From Escherichia phage vB_EcoM_G9062: a stretch of DNA of 64,000 bases. The stretch lies in the sequence record NC_054920.1; one strand, 5' to 3'. Positions 1 to 12,157 of the stretch are shown here, piece by piece. The notes beneath the pieces were generated by a model. The model was not told the origin of the DNA. It saw only the letters and a program-made list of their open reading frames with translations, and did not search any database. Within the stretch, counting starts at the first letter, position 1; each line of letters starts with the position of its first letter. The position numbers and the translations under genes are program-made.

Positions 1-1178
<1,178 letters not shown>

Positions 1179-1206
1179 TATTAAAGCATATTAAAGAGGA
1201 TTAAAA

Positions 1207-3186
1207 ATGACTTTATTATCTCCGGGCATTGAGCTCAAAGAAACTACGGTTCAAAGCACCGTGGTTAATAACTCTACTGGTACAGCAGCTTTGGCCGGTA
1301 AATTCCAGTGGGGTCCTGCTTTTCAGATTAAACAGGTTACAAACGAAGTAGATTTAGTTAATACTTTTGGTCAACCTACAGCTGAAACTGCTGACTATTT
1401 TATGTCTGCAATGAATTTCTTACAATATGGAAATGATTTGCGAGTTGTGCGCGCTGTCGATAGAGATACCGCTAAAAACTCATCTCCGATTGCTGGTAAT
1501 ATTGAATACACAATTTCTACCCCAGGTAGTAACTACGCGGTTGGAGATAAAATCACGGTCAAATATGTTTCAGAAGATGTTGAAACAGAAGGTAAAATTA
1601 CCGAAGTAGATGCTGATGGAAAAATTAAGAAAATTAATATTCCTACTGCAAAAATTATTGCTAAAGCTAAAGAAGTTGGCGAATACCCAACATTAGGTTC
1701 TAACTGGACTGCAGAAATTTCTTCATCTTCTTCCGGTTTAGCTGCAGTAATAACTCTTGGAAAAATTATTACTGATTCCGGTATTTTATTAGCTGAAATC
1801 GAGAGCGCTGAAACTGCTATGACAGCAGTTGATTTTCAGGCAAATCTTGAAAAATATGGAATTCCAGGAGTAGTAGCTCTCTATCCAGGCGAATTAGGCG
1901 ATAAAATTGAAATTGAAATCGTATCTAAAGCTGACTATGCGAAAGGCGCTTCTGCATTACTGCCAATTTATCCAGGTGGTGGTACTCGTGCATCTACTGC
2001 CAAGGCAGTATTTGGATATGGGCCGCAGACTGACTCACAGTACGCTATTATAGTTCGTCGAAATGATGCTATTGTTCAAAGCGTTGTTCTTTCAACTAAG
2101 CGTGGTGAAAAAGATATTTACGATAGTAACATCTATATTGATGACTTTTTCGCAAAAGGTGGTTCAGAATATATTTTCGCAACTGCGCAAAACTGGCCAG
2201 AAGGCTTCTCTGGAATTTTAACTCTGTCTGGTGGATTATCATCAAATGCTGAAGTAACAGCAGGAGATTTGATGGAAGCTTGGGACTTCTTTGCTGACCG
2301 CGAATCTGTTGACGTTCAGTTGTTTATTGCGGGTTCTTGTGCCGGTGAATCTCTTGAAACAGCATCTACTGTCCAAAAACATGTTGTTTCAATTGGTGAT
2401 GCTCGTCAAGATTGCTTAGTATTGTGCTCACCTCCGCGTGAAACTGTAGTTGGAATTCCTGTAACTCGTGCAGTAGATAATTTAGTTAACTGGAGAACTG
2501 CAGCAGGTTCATACACTGATAATAACTTTAATATCAGTTCAACCTACGCAGCAATTGATGGTAACTACAAATATCAGTATGACAAATATAATGATGTGAA
2601 TCGTTGGGTTCCATTAGCAGCTGATATTGCTGGTTTATGCGCAAGAACTGATAACGTATCTCAGACTTGGATGTCTCCAGCTGGTTATAATCGTGGCCAG
2701 ATTCTTAACGTTATTAAACTTGCTATTGAAACTCGCCAAGCTCAGCGCGACCGTTTATACCAAGAAGCTATTAATCCAGTAACTGGTACAGGTGGCGATG
2801 GTTACGTATTGTATGGTGATAAAACAGCTACTTCTGTTCCTTCTCCATTTGATCGTATTAACGTTCGTCGTCTGTTTAATATGTTGAAAACGAATATCGG
2901 ACGTAGTTCAAAATATCGTTTGTTCGAATTAAACAACGCGTTTACTCGTTCATCATTCCGCACAGAAACTGCCCAATACTTACAGGGAATTAAAGCTCTC
3001 GGTGGAATTTATGAATATCGTGTAGTTTGCGATACAACAAATAACACTCCGTCAGTAATTGATAGAAATGAGTTTGTTGCAACATTCTACATTCAACCGG
3101 CTAGAAGCATTAACTACATTACCTTGAACTTCGTAGCAACTGCTACTGGTGCAGATTTCGATGAGTTAACTGGTCTTGCTGGTTAA
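1207..3186 (+). CDS. 18: tail sheath protein gp18
   Basis: 659 aa, same length and recognisable sequence as T4 gp18; position between 17 and 19. Confidence 0.95.
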   Translation: MTLLSPGIELKETTVQSTVVNNSTGTAALAGKFQWGPAFQIKQVTNEVDLVNTFGQPTAETADYFMSAMNFLQYGNDLRVVRAVDRDTAKNSSPIAGNIEYTISTPGSNYAVGDKITVKYVSEDVETEGKITEVDADGKIKKINIPTAKIIAKAKEVGEYPTLGSNWTAEISSSSSGLAAVITLGKIITDSGILLAEIESAETAMTAVDFQANLEKYGIPGVVALYPGELGDKIEIEIVSKADYAKGASALLPIYPGGGTRASTAKAVFGYGPQTDSQYAIIVRRNDAIVQSVVLSTKRGEKDIYDSNIYIDDFFAKGGSEYIFATAQNWPEGFSGILTLSGGLSSNAEVTAGDLMEAWDFFADRESVDVQLFIAGSCAGESLETASTVQKHVVSIGDARQDCLVLCSPPRETVVGIPVTRAVDNLVNWRTAAGSYTDNNFNISSTYAAIDGNYKYQYDKYNDVNRWVPLAADIAGLCARTDNVSQTWMSPAGYNRGQILNVIKLAIETRQAQRDRLYQEAINPVTGTGGDGYVLYGDKTATSVPSPFDRINVRRLFNMLKTNIGRSSKYRLFELNNAFTRSSFRTETAQYLQGIKALGGIYEYRVVCDTTNNTPSVIDRNEFVATFYIQPARSINYITLNFVATATGADFDELTGLAG

Positions 3187-3202
3187 TACGGTGCATTCTA
3201 AA

Positions 3203-3220
3203 GGCCTGTTTCGGCAGGCC
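3203..3220 (+). terminator. GC hairpin downstream of gene 18
   Basis: Inverted repeat GGCCTG-tttcgg-CAGGCC directly after the gene 18 stop. Confidence 0.5.
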
Positions 3221-3221
3221 A

Positions 3222-3229
3222 TATAAATA
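3222..3229 (+). promoter_or_regulatory. late promoter TATAAATA (distal, gene 19)
   Basis: Exact TATAAATA. Confidence 0.55.
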
Positions 3230-3280
3230 CACTATATCCTTAATTCTTTAATTCTATATGCCCTAGGTTAAACATAGGGA

Positions 3281-3288
3281 TATAAATA
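3281..3288 (+). promoter_or_regulatory. late promoter TATAAATA (proximal, gene 19)
   Basis: Exact TATAAATA 15 nt upstream of the gene 19 ATG region. Confidence 0.7.
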
Positions 3289-3302
3289 CTACAGAGGCTA
3301 AT

Positions 3303-3794
3303 ATGTTTGTAGATGATGTAACACGAGCGTTTGAATCTGGTGATTTTGCTCGACCTAACTTATTCCAAGTAGAAATTTCTTATCTTGGACAAAATTTTAC
3401 ATTCCAATGTAAAGCCACTGCTTTACCAGCTGGTATTGTAGAAAAAATTCCAGTCGGATTTATGAACCGTAAAATTAACGTAGCAGGCGATCGTACATTC
3501 GATGACTGGACTGTTACAGTAATGAACGATGAAGCTCATGATGCTCGCCAGAAGTTTGTTGATTGGCAAAGCATTGCTGCTGGTCAAGGAAACGAAATTA
3601 CTGGTGGAAAACCTGCAGAGTATAAAAAGAGCGCTATTGTTCGTCAATATGCTCGTGATGCTAAAACAGTAACAAAAGAAATTGAAATTAAAGGTCTGTG
3701 GCCTACTAACGTGGGTGAACTTCAATTAGATTGGGATTCAAACAATGAAATCCAAACCTTTGAAGTAACTCTTGCTCTCGATTATTGGGAATAA
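3303..3794 (+). CDS. 19: tail tube protein gp19
   Basis: 163 aa, matches T4 gp19 in length and sequence; follows gene 18. Confidence 0.95.
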   Translation: MFVDDVTRAFESGDFARPNLFQVEISYLGQNFTFQCKATALPAGIVEKIPVGFMNRKINVAGDRTFDDWTVTVMNDEAHDARQKFVDWQSIAAGQGNEITGGKPAEYKKSAIVRQYARDAKTVTKEIEIKGLWPTNVGELQLDWDSNNEIQTFEVTLALDYWE

Positions 3795-3801
3795 AATGAA
3801 T

Positions 3802-3815
3802 GGGGAGAAATCCCC
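3802..3815 (+). terminator. hairpin GGGGA-gaaa-TCCCC after gene 19
   Basis: Perfect 5-bp GC stem with GAAA tetraloop immediately after the stop. Confidence 0.5.
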
Positions 3816-3826
3816 ATCCTGCTTAA

Positions 3827-5451
<1,625 letters not shown>

Positions 5452-5452
<1 letters not shown>

Positions 5453-5706
5453 TGGAAGGTTTAATTGAAGCTATTAAATCAAACGACCTCGTAGCCGCTC
5501 GTAAATTATTTGCTGAAGCCATGGCTGCAAGAACGACTGATTTAATTAAAGAAGAAAAAATCGCTATCGCTCGTAATTTCTTAATCGAAGGTGAAGAACC
5601 TGATGACGAGGATGATGACGAAGACGAAGATAGTGATGATAAAGACGACAAAAAGACAAAGACTCTGACGAAGACGAGGATGATGAATAATGCTTCTGAT
5701 CCCTGA
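5452..5706 (+). CDS. 67: prohead core protein gp67 (3' end frame-shifted relative to the expected acidic C-terminus)
   Basis: Start overlaps the gene 20 stop (TAATG). Acidic Asp/Glu-rich body. After the A5 run at 5649-5653 the other frame encodes [11 protein letters not shown] and ends in TAATG with gene 68. Confidence 0.8.
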
Positions 5707-6115
5707 AACTCATGAATTAGTTCTCGAGAATGTCGAAGCACTTATTCCTGAAGCACAGGGTCGCTTTGACGAATTGTCTTCTGCTTTAAATAAAGACGAT
5801 ATAAATACAATTGTCGAGAATATGCTTGATGATGAAACTGATTTAGCGGTTGCATTAGCTTCTATTAATGAAAATATGCCGTTAAATGAATTTATCGTTA
5901 AACATGTTTCTGCCCGTGGTGAAATTACTCGCACTAAAGATCGCAAAACCCGCGAACGTAATGCATTTCAAACTACCGGGTTGTCTAAAGCAAAACGTAG
6001 ACAAATTGCTCGTAAAGCTACCAAAACGAAGATTGCCAATCCAGCAGGTCAATCTCGTGCTCAGCGTAAGCGTAAAAAAGCTCTTAAACGCCGTAAAGCA
6101 TTAGGATTAAGCTAA
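5690..6115 (+). CDS. 68: prohead core protein gp68
   Basis: 141 aa, basic C-terminus, position between 67 and 21 as in T4. Confidence 0.88.
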
Positions 6116-6753
6116 TGAATGAACCCCAATTACTAATTGAAACTTGGGGTCAACCTGGCGAAATTATTGATGGCGTACCAATGCTTGAATCTCATGATGG
6201 AAAAGACTTAGGTTTAAAACCGGGTTTATACATCGAAGGAATATTCATGCAAGCGGAAGTCGTCAATAGAAATAAACGTCTTTATCCAAAACGTATATTA
6301 GAAAAAGCGGTAAAAGACTATATTAATGAGCAAGTTTTAACTAAACAAGCTCTCGGAGAATTAAATCATCCTCCACGCGCTAATGTTGACCCGATGCAAG
6401 CCGCTATCATTATAGAAGATATGTGGTGGAAAGGAAATGACGTATACGGACGAGCTCGTGTTATTGAAGGTGACCACGGTCCTGGAGATAAATTAGCAGC
6501 TAATATTCGTGCCGGATGGATTCCAGGAGTTTCTTCTCGTGGATTAGGTTCATTGACTGACACAAATAAAGGTTATCGTATCGTAAACGAAGGATTCAAA
6601 TTAACTGTAGGTGTTGATGCAGTATGGGGTCCAAGTGCTCCAGATGCATGGGTAACTCCTAAGGAAATTACCGAATCACAGACGGCGGAAGCCGATACAA
6701 GTGCCGATGACGCCTATATGGCTCTCGCAGAGGCCATGAAAAAAGCGTTATAA
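6115..6753 (+). CDS. 21: prohead core protein and maturation protease gp21
   Basis: 212 aa, recognisable T4 gp21 sequence; ATG overlaps the gene 68 stop. Confidence 0.95.
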   Translation: MNEPQLLIETWGQPGEIIDGVPMLESHDGKDLGLKPGLYIEGIFMQAEVVNRNKRLYPKRILEKAVKDYINEQVLTKQALGELNHPPRANVDPMQAAIIIEDMWWKGNDVYGRARVIEGDHGPGDKLAANIRAGWIPGVSSRGLGSLTDTNKGYRIVNEGFKLTVGVDAVWGPSAPDAWVTPKEITESQTAEADTSADDAYMALAEAMKKAL

Positions 6754-6756
6754 ATA
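6749..6756 (+). promoter_or_regulatory. late promoter TATAAATA upstream of gene 22
   Basis: Exact TATAAATA overlapping the gene 21 stop, 28 nt before the gene 22 ATG. Confidence 0.7.
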
Positions 6757-6783
6757 TTATTATCTAAACAACAGGACTACAAA

Positions 6784-7593
6784 ATGCTTAAAGAACAACT
6801 GATTGCCGAAGCGCAGAAAATTGATGCTTCCGTTGCTCTTGATAGTATTTTCGAATCAGTTAATATTTCTCCGGAAGCAAAAGAAACTTTCGGCACTGTA
6901 TTCGAAGCTACCGTCAAGCAGCACGCCGTTAAATTAGCTGAATCTCATATCGCTAAAATTGCTGAAAAAGCAGAAGAAGAAGTAGAAAAAAATAAAGAAG
7001 AAGCAGAAGAAAAAGCTGAGAAGAAAATCGCTGAGCAAGCTTCTAAATTCCTTGACCATCTTGCAAAAGAATGGCTCACTGAAAATAAATTAGCAGTAGA
7101 TAAAGGTATCAAAGCCGAACTGTTTGAATCCATGCTTGGTGGATTGAAAGAGCTCTTCGTTGAACACAACGTTGTTGTTCCAGAAGAATCAGTTGATGTT
7201 GTAGCTGAAATGGAAGAAGAACTGCAAGAACATAAAGAAGAATCAGCTCGTCTGTTCGAAGAACTCAATAAGCGTGACGCATATATCAATTATGTGCAGC
7301 GTGAAGTGGCATTGAGCGAAAGTACTAAAGATCTGACTGAGTCTCAAAAAGAAAAAGTCTCTGCTCTGGTCGAAGGTATGGATTATTCAGATGCATTCTC
7401 AAGTAAATTGAGTGCAATCGTAGAAATGGTGAAGAAATCTAATAAAGATGAAAGCACTATTACTGAGAGTATAAATACTCCTGATACTGAAGCAGCCGGA
7501 CTGAATTTCGTCACTGAAGCTGTAGAAGATAAATCTGCACAAGGTGCAGAAGATATTGTAAGTGTATATGCGAAAGTCGCATCTCGTTTCTAA
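6784..7593 (+). CDS. 22: prohead scaffold protein gp22
   Basis: 269 aa, highly charged Glu/Lys-rich coiled-coil sequence as T4 gp22. Confidence 0.95.
   Translation: MLKEQLIAEAQKIDASVALDSIFESVNISPEAKETFGTVFEATVKQHAVKLAESHIAKIAEKAEEEVEKNKEEAEEKAEKKIAEQASKFLDHLAKEWLTENKLAVDKGIKAELFESMLGGLKELFVEHNVVVPEESVDVVAEMEEELQEHKEESARLFEELNKRDAYINYVQREVALSESTKDLTESQKEKVSALVEGMDYSDAFSSKLSAIVEMVKKSNKDESTITESINTPDTEAAGLNFVTEAVEDKSAQGAEDIVSVYAKVASRF
7470..7477 (+). promoter_or_regulatory. candidate late promoter TATAAATA inside 3' end of gene 22 (possible P23)
   Basis: Exact TATAAATA 135 nt upstream of the gene 23 ATG; no other TATAAATA lies closer to gene 23. Confidence 0.4.
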
Positions 7594-7611
7594 TTTTAAA
7601 GGTTAACACAA

Positions 7612-9177
7612 ATGACTATCAAAACTAAAGCTGAACTTTTGAACAAATGGAAGCCATTACTGGAAGGTGAAGGTTTACCGGAAATTGCTAATAGCAAACA
7701 AGCGATTATCGCTAAAATCTTTGAAAACCAGGAAAAAGATTTCCAGACAGCTCCGGAATATAAAGACGAAAAAATTGCTCAGGCATTCGGTTCTTTCTTA
7801 ACAGAAGCTGAAATCGGTGGTGACCACGGTTACAATGCTACCAACATCGCCGCAGGTCAGACTTCTGGCGCAGTAACTCAGATTGGCCCAGCTGTTATGG
7901 GTATGGTACGTCGTGCTATTCCTAACCTGATTGCTTTCGATATTTGTGGTGTTCAGCCAATGAACAGCCCGACTGGCCAGGTATTCGCGCTGCGCGCAGT
8001 ATATGGTAAAGATCCAATCGCTTCCGGCGCTAAAGAAGCATTCCACCCAATGTATGGTCCAGATGCAATGTTCTCTGGTCAGGGTGCTGCTAAGAAATTC
8101 GCTGCTTTGAAAGCAAGTGATACTCTTGAAGTCGGAACTATTTACACTCACTTCTTCCAGGAAACTGGTACAGTATATCTGCAAGCTACAGCAGCTAAAC
8201 AAATTGATTCAGGCGCATCTGACGCAGACAAATTAGATGCTGAAATTAAGAAACAAATGGAAGCTGGTGTACTGGTAGAAATCGCTGAAGGTATGGCTAC
8301 TTCTATCGCTGAACTTCAGGAAGGTTTCAACGGTTCTACCGATAACCCATGGAATGAAATGGGCTTCCGTATCGATAAACAAGTTATCGAAGCTAAATCT
8401 CGTCAGCTGAAAGCTGCTTACTCTATTGAATTAGCACAAGACCTTCGCGCTGTTCACGGTATGGATGCTGATGCTGAACTGTCTGGTATTCTGGCTACCG
8501 AAATTATGCTGGAAATCAACCGCGAAGTTGTTGATTGGATTAACTACTCCGCTCAGGTTGGTAAATCTGGTATGACCCTGACTCCGGGTTCTAAAGCTGG
8601 TGTATTTGACTTCCAGGACCCAATCGATATTCGTGGTGCTCGCTGGGCAGGTGAATCCTTTAAAGCTCTGTTGTTCCAGATTGACAAAGAAGCAGTTGAA
8701 ATTGCTCGTCAGACTGGTCGCGGCGAAGGTAACTTCATTATCGCTTCCCGTAACGTAGTTAACGTTCTGGCTTCAGTTGATACCGGCATTTCTTATGCTG
8801 CACAAGGTCTGGCTACTGGCTTTAACACTGATACTACCAAGTCAGTATTTGCTGGTGTTCTGGGTGGTAAATACCGTGTATATATCGACCAGTATGCTAA
8901 ACAGGATTATTTCACCGTAGGTTATAAAGGTCCGAACGAAATGGATGCTGGTATTTACTATGCTCCATATGTAGCTCTGACTCCGCTGCGTGGTTCTGAT
9001 CCGAAGAACTTCCAACCGGTAATGGGATTCAAAACTCGTTACGGTATCGGTATCAACCCATTTGCAGAATCCGCTGCTCAGGCTCCGGCTTCTCGCATCC
9101 AGAGCGGTATGCCTTCTATTCTGAATAGCCTTGGTAAAAACGCTTACTTCCGCCGTGTATATGTTAAAGGTATCTAA
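7612..9177 (+). CDS. 23: major capsid protein gp23
   Basis: 521 aa, near-identical to T4 gp23 as recalled (MTIKTKAELLNKWKPLLEGEG...). Confidence 0.97.
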   Translation: MTIKTKAELLNKWKPLLEGEGLPEIANSKQAIIAKIFENQEKDFQTAPEYKDEKIAQAFGSFLTEAEIGGDHGYNATNIAAGQTSGAVTQIGPAVMGMVRRAIPNLIAFDICGVQPMNSPTGQVFALRAVYGKDPIASGAKEAFHPMYGPDAMFSGQGAAKKFAALKASDTLEVGTIYTHFFQETGTVYLQATAAKQIDSGASDADKLDAEIKKQMEAGVLVEIAEGMATSIAELQEGFNGSTDNPWNEMGFRIDKQVIEAKSRQLKAAYSIELAQDLRAVHGMDADAELSGILATEIMLEINREVVDWINYSAQVGKSGMTLTPGSKAGVFDFQDPIDIRGARWAGESFKALLFQIDKEAVEIARQTGRGEGNFIIASRNVVNVLASVDTGISYAAQGLATGFNTDTTKSVFAGVLGGKYRVYIDQYAKQDYFTVGYKGPNEMDAGIYYAPYVALTPLRGSDPKNFQPVMGFKTRYGIGINPFAESAAQAPASRIQSGMPSILNSLGKNAYFRRVYVKGI

Positions 9178-9192
9178 TCTTTGACGATTTAA

Positions 9193-9208
9193 GGGACCTT
9201 CGGGTCCC
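9193..9208 (+). terminator. intrinsic terminator after gene 23
   Basis: GGGACC-ttcg-GGTCCC hairpin followed by a T-rich tract. Confidence 0.7.
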
Positions 9209-9235
9209 TTTAGTTGTTTTTATGGTATAAATAAA

Positions 9236-9243
9236 TCATATAA
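9236..9243 (+). promoter_or_regulatory. late promoter TATAAATA upstream of gene 24
   Basis: Exact TATAAATA 18 nt upstream of the ATG. Confidence 0.7.
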
Positions 9244-9260
9244 ACTGAAAGGAAAGCGCA

Positions 9261-10544
9261 ATGGCTAAAATCAACGAACTTCTGCGCGAATCAACCACAA
9301 CGAATAGCAACTCAATCGGTCGCCCAAATCTCGTTGCTTTGACTCGCGCTACCACTAAATTAATATATTCTGACATTGTAGCAACGCAAAGAACTAATCA
9401 ACCTGTTGCTGCTTTTTATGGTATCAAATACCTTAACCCGGATAACGAATTTACATTTAAAACTGGTGCTACTTACGCCGGAGAAGCTGGATATGTAGAC
9501 CGAGAACAAATCACAGAATTAACAGAAGAGTCTAAATTAACTCTCAATAAGGGCGATTTATTCAAATATAATAATATCGTTTATAAAGTATTAGAAGATA
9601 CACCATTTGCTGATATTGAAGAAAGCGATTTAGAATTAGCTCTTCAGATTGCAATTGTTCTTTTAAAGGTTCGTCTATTTTCTGACGCAGCGTCAACAAG
9701 CAAATTTGAAAGCTCTGATAGTGAAATTGCGGATGCTAGATTCCAGATTAATAAATGGCAAACCGCAGTTAAATCTCGTAAACTTAAAACTGGTATCACA
9801 GTTGAATTAGCACAAGATTTAGAAGCAAATGGATTCGATGCTCCTAATTTCTTGGAAGATTTGCTTGCAACTGAAATGGCAGATGAAATCAATAAAGATA
9901 TTCTGCAGTCTTTGATTACAGTGTCAAAACGCTATAAAGTTACAGGAATTACTGATACTGGATTCATCGATTTGAGTTATGCATCTGCACCTGAAGCTGG
10001 TCGTTCATTATACCGAATGGTATGTGAAATGGTTTCGCATATCCAAAAAGAATCAACTTATACAGCAACGTTCTGTGTTGCTTCAGCTCGTGCTGCTGCG
10101 ATTCTTGCTGCATCAGGTTGGTTAAAACATAAACCAGAAGATGATAAATATCTTTCACAAAATGCCTATGGGTTCTTAGCTAATGGTTTACCGCTTTATT
10201 GCGATACTAACAGCCCATTAGATTATGTAATCGTTGGTGTAGTAGAAAATATCGGTGAAAAAGAAATTGTTGGATCAATTTTCTATGCTCCGTATACAGA
10301 AGGTCTTGACTTAGATGACCCTGAACATGTAGGTGCATTTAAAGTTGTAGTTGACCCAGAAAGTTTGCAGCCATCTATCGGTTTATTAGTTAGATATGCT
10401 TTATCAGCAAATCCTTACACTGTAGCAAAAGATGAAAAAGAAGCAAGAATAATTGATGGTGGAGACATGGATAAAATGGCGGGTCGTTCAGATTTGTCTG
10501 TTTTATTAGGTGTTAAGCTACCAAAAATTATCGTTGATGAATAA
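9261..10544 (+). CDS. 24: capsid vertex protein gp24
   Basis: 427 aa, gp23 paralog, matches T4 gp24. It follows gene 23 directly with no segD-like ORF between. Confidence 0.95.
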   Translation: MAKINELLRESTTTNSNSIGRPNLVALTRATTKLIYSDIVATQRTNQPVAAFYGIKYLNPDNEFTFKTGATYAGEAGYVDREQITELTEESKLTLNKGDLFKYNNIVYKVLEDTPFADIEESDLELALQIAIVLLKVRLFSDAASTSKFESSDSEIADARFQINKWQTAVKSRKLKTGITVELAQDLEANGFDAPNFLEDLLATEMADEINKDILQSLITVSKRYKVTGITDTGFIDLSYASAPEAGRSLYRMVCEMVSHIQKESTYTATFCVASARAAAILAASGWLKHKPEDDKYLSQNAYGFLANGLPLYCDTNSPLDYVIVGVVENIGEKEIVGSIFYAPYTEGLDLDDPEHVGAFKVVVDPESLQPSIGLLVRYALSANPYTVAKDEKEARIIDGGDMDKMAGRSDLSVLLGVKLPKIIVDE

Positions 10545-10550
10545 AACAAA

Positions 10551-10566
10551 GGGACCTTTCGGTCCC
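10551..10566. terminator. bidirectional terminator between convergent genes 24 and rnlB
   Basis: GGGACC-tttc-GGTCCC hairpin flanked by A/T runs on both sides. Confidence 0.7.
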
Positions 10567-10573
10567 TTTTTAT

Positions 10574-11578
10574 TTAACTTACCAATTCAATCCAAGTCGG
10601 ACGAAGTACATCTTGTACCATTTTAACTAATTCCTTTTTAACCAAAGAAGGATTATCTGCTTGAGTTAGAGTAATACCTTCACGAGAAGTTTCTTCCAAA
10701 ATATCTTGAACAGTTAGTCCCATCACCTTTCCAAAATCCTTCGGACCAATTTCACCAATTTTAGAAATAACGTTATTTACTCGGTTCAGTGTAACGTAGC
10801 AAGCTAAAATTCCCACCAATTTGTTATCAGCTTCTGATAGTTCAACTTTAGCTTTAATAGGCTTATCAGACTTTTTCTTTTCACTAAATTTGGAATTCTT
10901 GCATTTGATGGCTACACGATTTCCATTATGAAGCCAAGAAGGATAACAAGGTTTCAATACATATCCTTCAGCGGTAAATACTTCGCCTTTGGCTTCAGCT
11001 TTCCAAACACATTTGTTAGCGTCAACTAATCCAGCATGGTCTACTGTAAAATTATAATCTTGGACGACAGAATCTAAATCATTTGGCAATTTAATAAGTT
11101 CTTCAAATTTACCACGACCTAAAAGTGGAGCCATTTTAAATTTAAATGTATTACAAAATGATTCCATCATATAATCATCGACATAAGTCACATCACCACT
11201 TTCTGTAGTGACAATAATGTCAAATACATAAAAATCTTTATCGCCATAATCGACATTCTTCTGAATGCCAGGTCCAGCGAATTCGCCAAAGACTTGATAA
11301 GATACAACCGCTGAGGTTTCCATAATATCTTGTACTGCTTTAATAGAATCTTCGTAATTCTTTAGAATAATTTCATACCCAAAGAAATCTTCAGCAGGAA
11401 GAATCGGTCCAGTACGTTTAGCGCAAGTTACTTTATCACGCTCAATAATCAATGAGAAATTTGTGCCGTGAATCTTTTCACGAGCTACCCACTCCCCACC
11501 AGTCAATCCCAAGCTATAAAGTTTTTCAATAAATTTAGAGTTGTAATGATTTTCAAGACTGCTATACTTTTTAAACAT
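10574..11578 (-). CDS. rnlB: RNA ligase 2 (RnlB)
   Basis: 334 aa, matches T4 Rnl2; nucleotidyltransferase motif I KIHGTN near the N-terminus. Confidence 0.93.
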   Translation of the reverse strand: MFKKYSSLENHYNSKFIEKLYSLGLTGGEWVAREKIHGTNFSLIIERDKVTCAKRTGPILPAEDFFGYEIILKNYEDSIKAVQDIMETSAVVSYQVFGEFAGPGIQKNVDYGDKDFYVFDIIVTTESGDVTYVDDYMMESFCNTFKFKMAPLLGRGKFEELIKLPNDLDSVVQDYNFTVDHAGLVDANKCVWKAEAKGEVFTAEGYVLKPCYPSWLHNGNRVAIKCKNSKFSEKKKSDKPIKAKVELSEADNKLVGILACYVTLNRVNNVISKIGEIGPKDFGKVMGLTVQDILEETSREGITLTQADNPSLVKKELVKMVQDVLRPTWIELVS

Positions 11579-11587
11579 AATTAATCC

Positions 11588-11866
11588 TCAAAATGTAATT
11601 TCTAACCAATCACCATCACGCTGATCACTATTGACTTTAAAGCTGAATCCTTCTTTTCTCAGCCAATCACCAATTTCTTCAGTAATCAATTTATCACGAG
11701 CAATACAATAATAACTAAAATGTGTTTTACCTTGTTCAGCTGCTTTATTAGCAAGTTCCGAAAAATCTTTAATAAAACACTCTAGCTTAAACTGTTTACT
11801 TTTAAGTGCTTTTTCGCGCAATTGATTAGCAAAAGATTCATTTTCATAAAGATCATACTGTTCCAT
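11588..11866 (-). CDS. hypothetical protein (T4 24.2-like position)
   Basis: 92-aa ORF, ATG start, same orientation as rnlB. Confidence 0.6.
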   Translation of the reverse strand: MEQYDLYENESFANQLREKALKSKQFKLECFIKDFSELANKAAEQGKTHFSYYCIARDKLITEEIGDWLRKEGFSFKVNSDQRDGDWLEITF

Positions 11867-12068
11867 TTTTCACCTTTTTATTGATATGTCTTTTTCTATA
11901 GACGACTTTTTCTCGAGTTTCAAATTTATTTTTAGCAGTCATAGCTCGAGCCCATAATACAGCCACTTCTTTTGCCTGTAAGTTTAATTCACGAGCAATT
12001 TCAATGAATGACTTTCCAGACTCATGAAGAGTAAACACCACAACCTCAGTTCTCATAATCAATCTCAT
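11853..12068 (-). CDS. hypothetical protein (T4 24.3-like position)
   Basis: 71-aa ORF, ATG start, overlaps the downstream ORF by 14 nt. Confidence 0.55.
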   Translation of the reverse strand: MRLIMRTEVVVFTLHESGKSFIEIARELNLQAKEVAVLWARAMTAKNKFETREKVVYRKRHINKKVKNGTV

Positions 12069-12137
12069 GTTATCGAGTTGGTGCCATTATATACATCATT
12101 TTCTGATTGTGTTTTGTGTGCTTTCAAAATGAAGAAA

Positions 12138-12151
12138 GGGGCCGAAGCCCC
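12138..12151 (-). terminator. hairpin GGGGCC-ga-AGCCCC downstream of hoc
   Basis: GC stem followed by a T-run on the minus strand. Confidence 0.6.
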
Positions 12152-12157
12152 TTATGA

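Noticed and set aside
1427-1609. 60-aa plus-strand ORF
   Set aside because: Out-of-frame ORF inside gene 18.
6945-8202. Antisense ORFs inside genes 22 and 23 (114 and 134 aa)
   Set aside because: Embedded antisense in highly expressed structural genes of known frame; no start signals.
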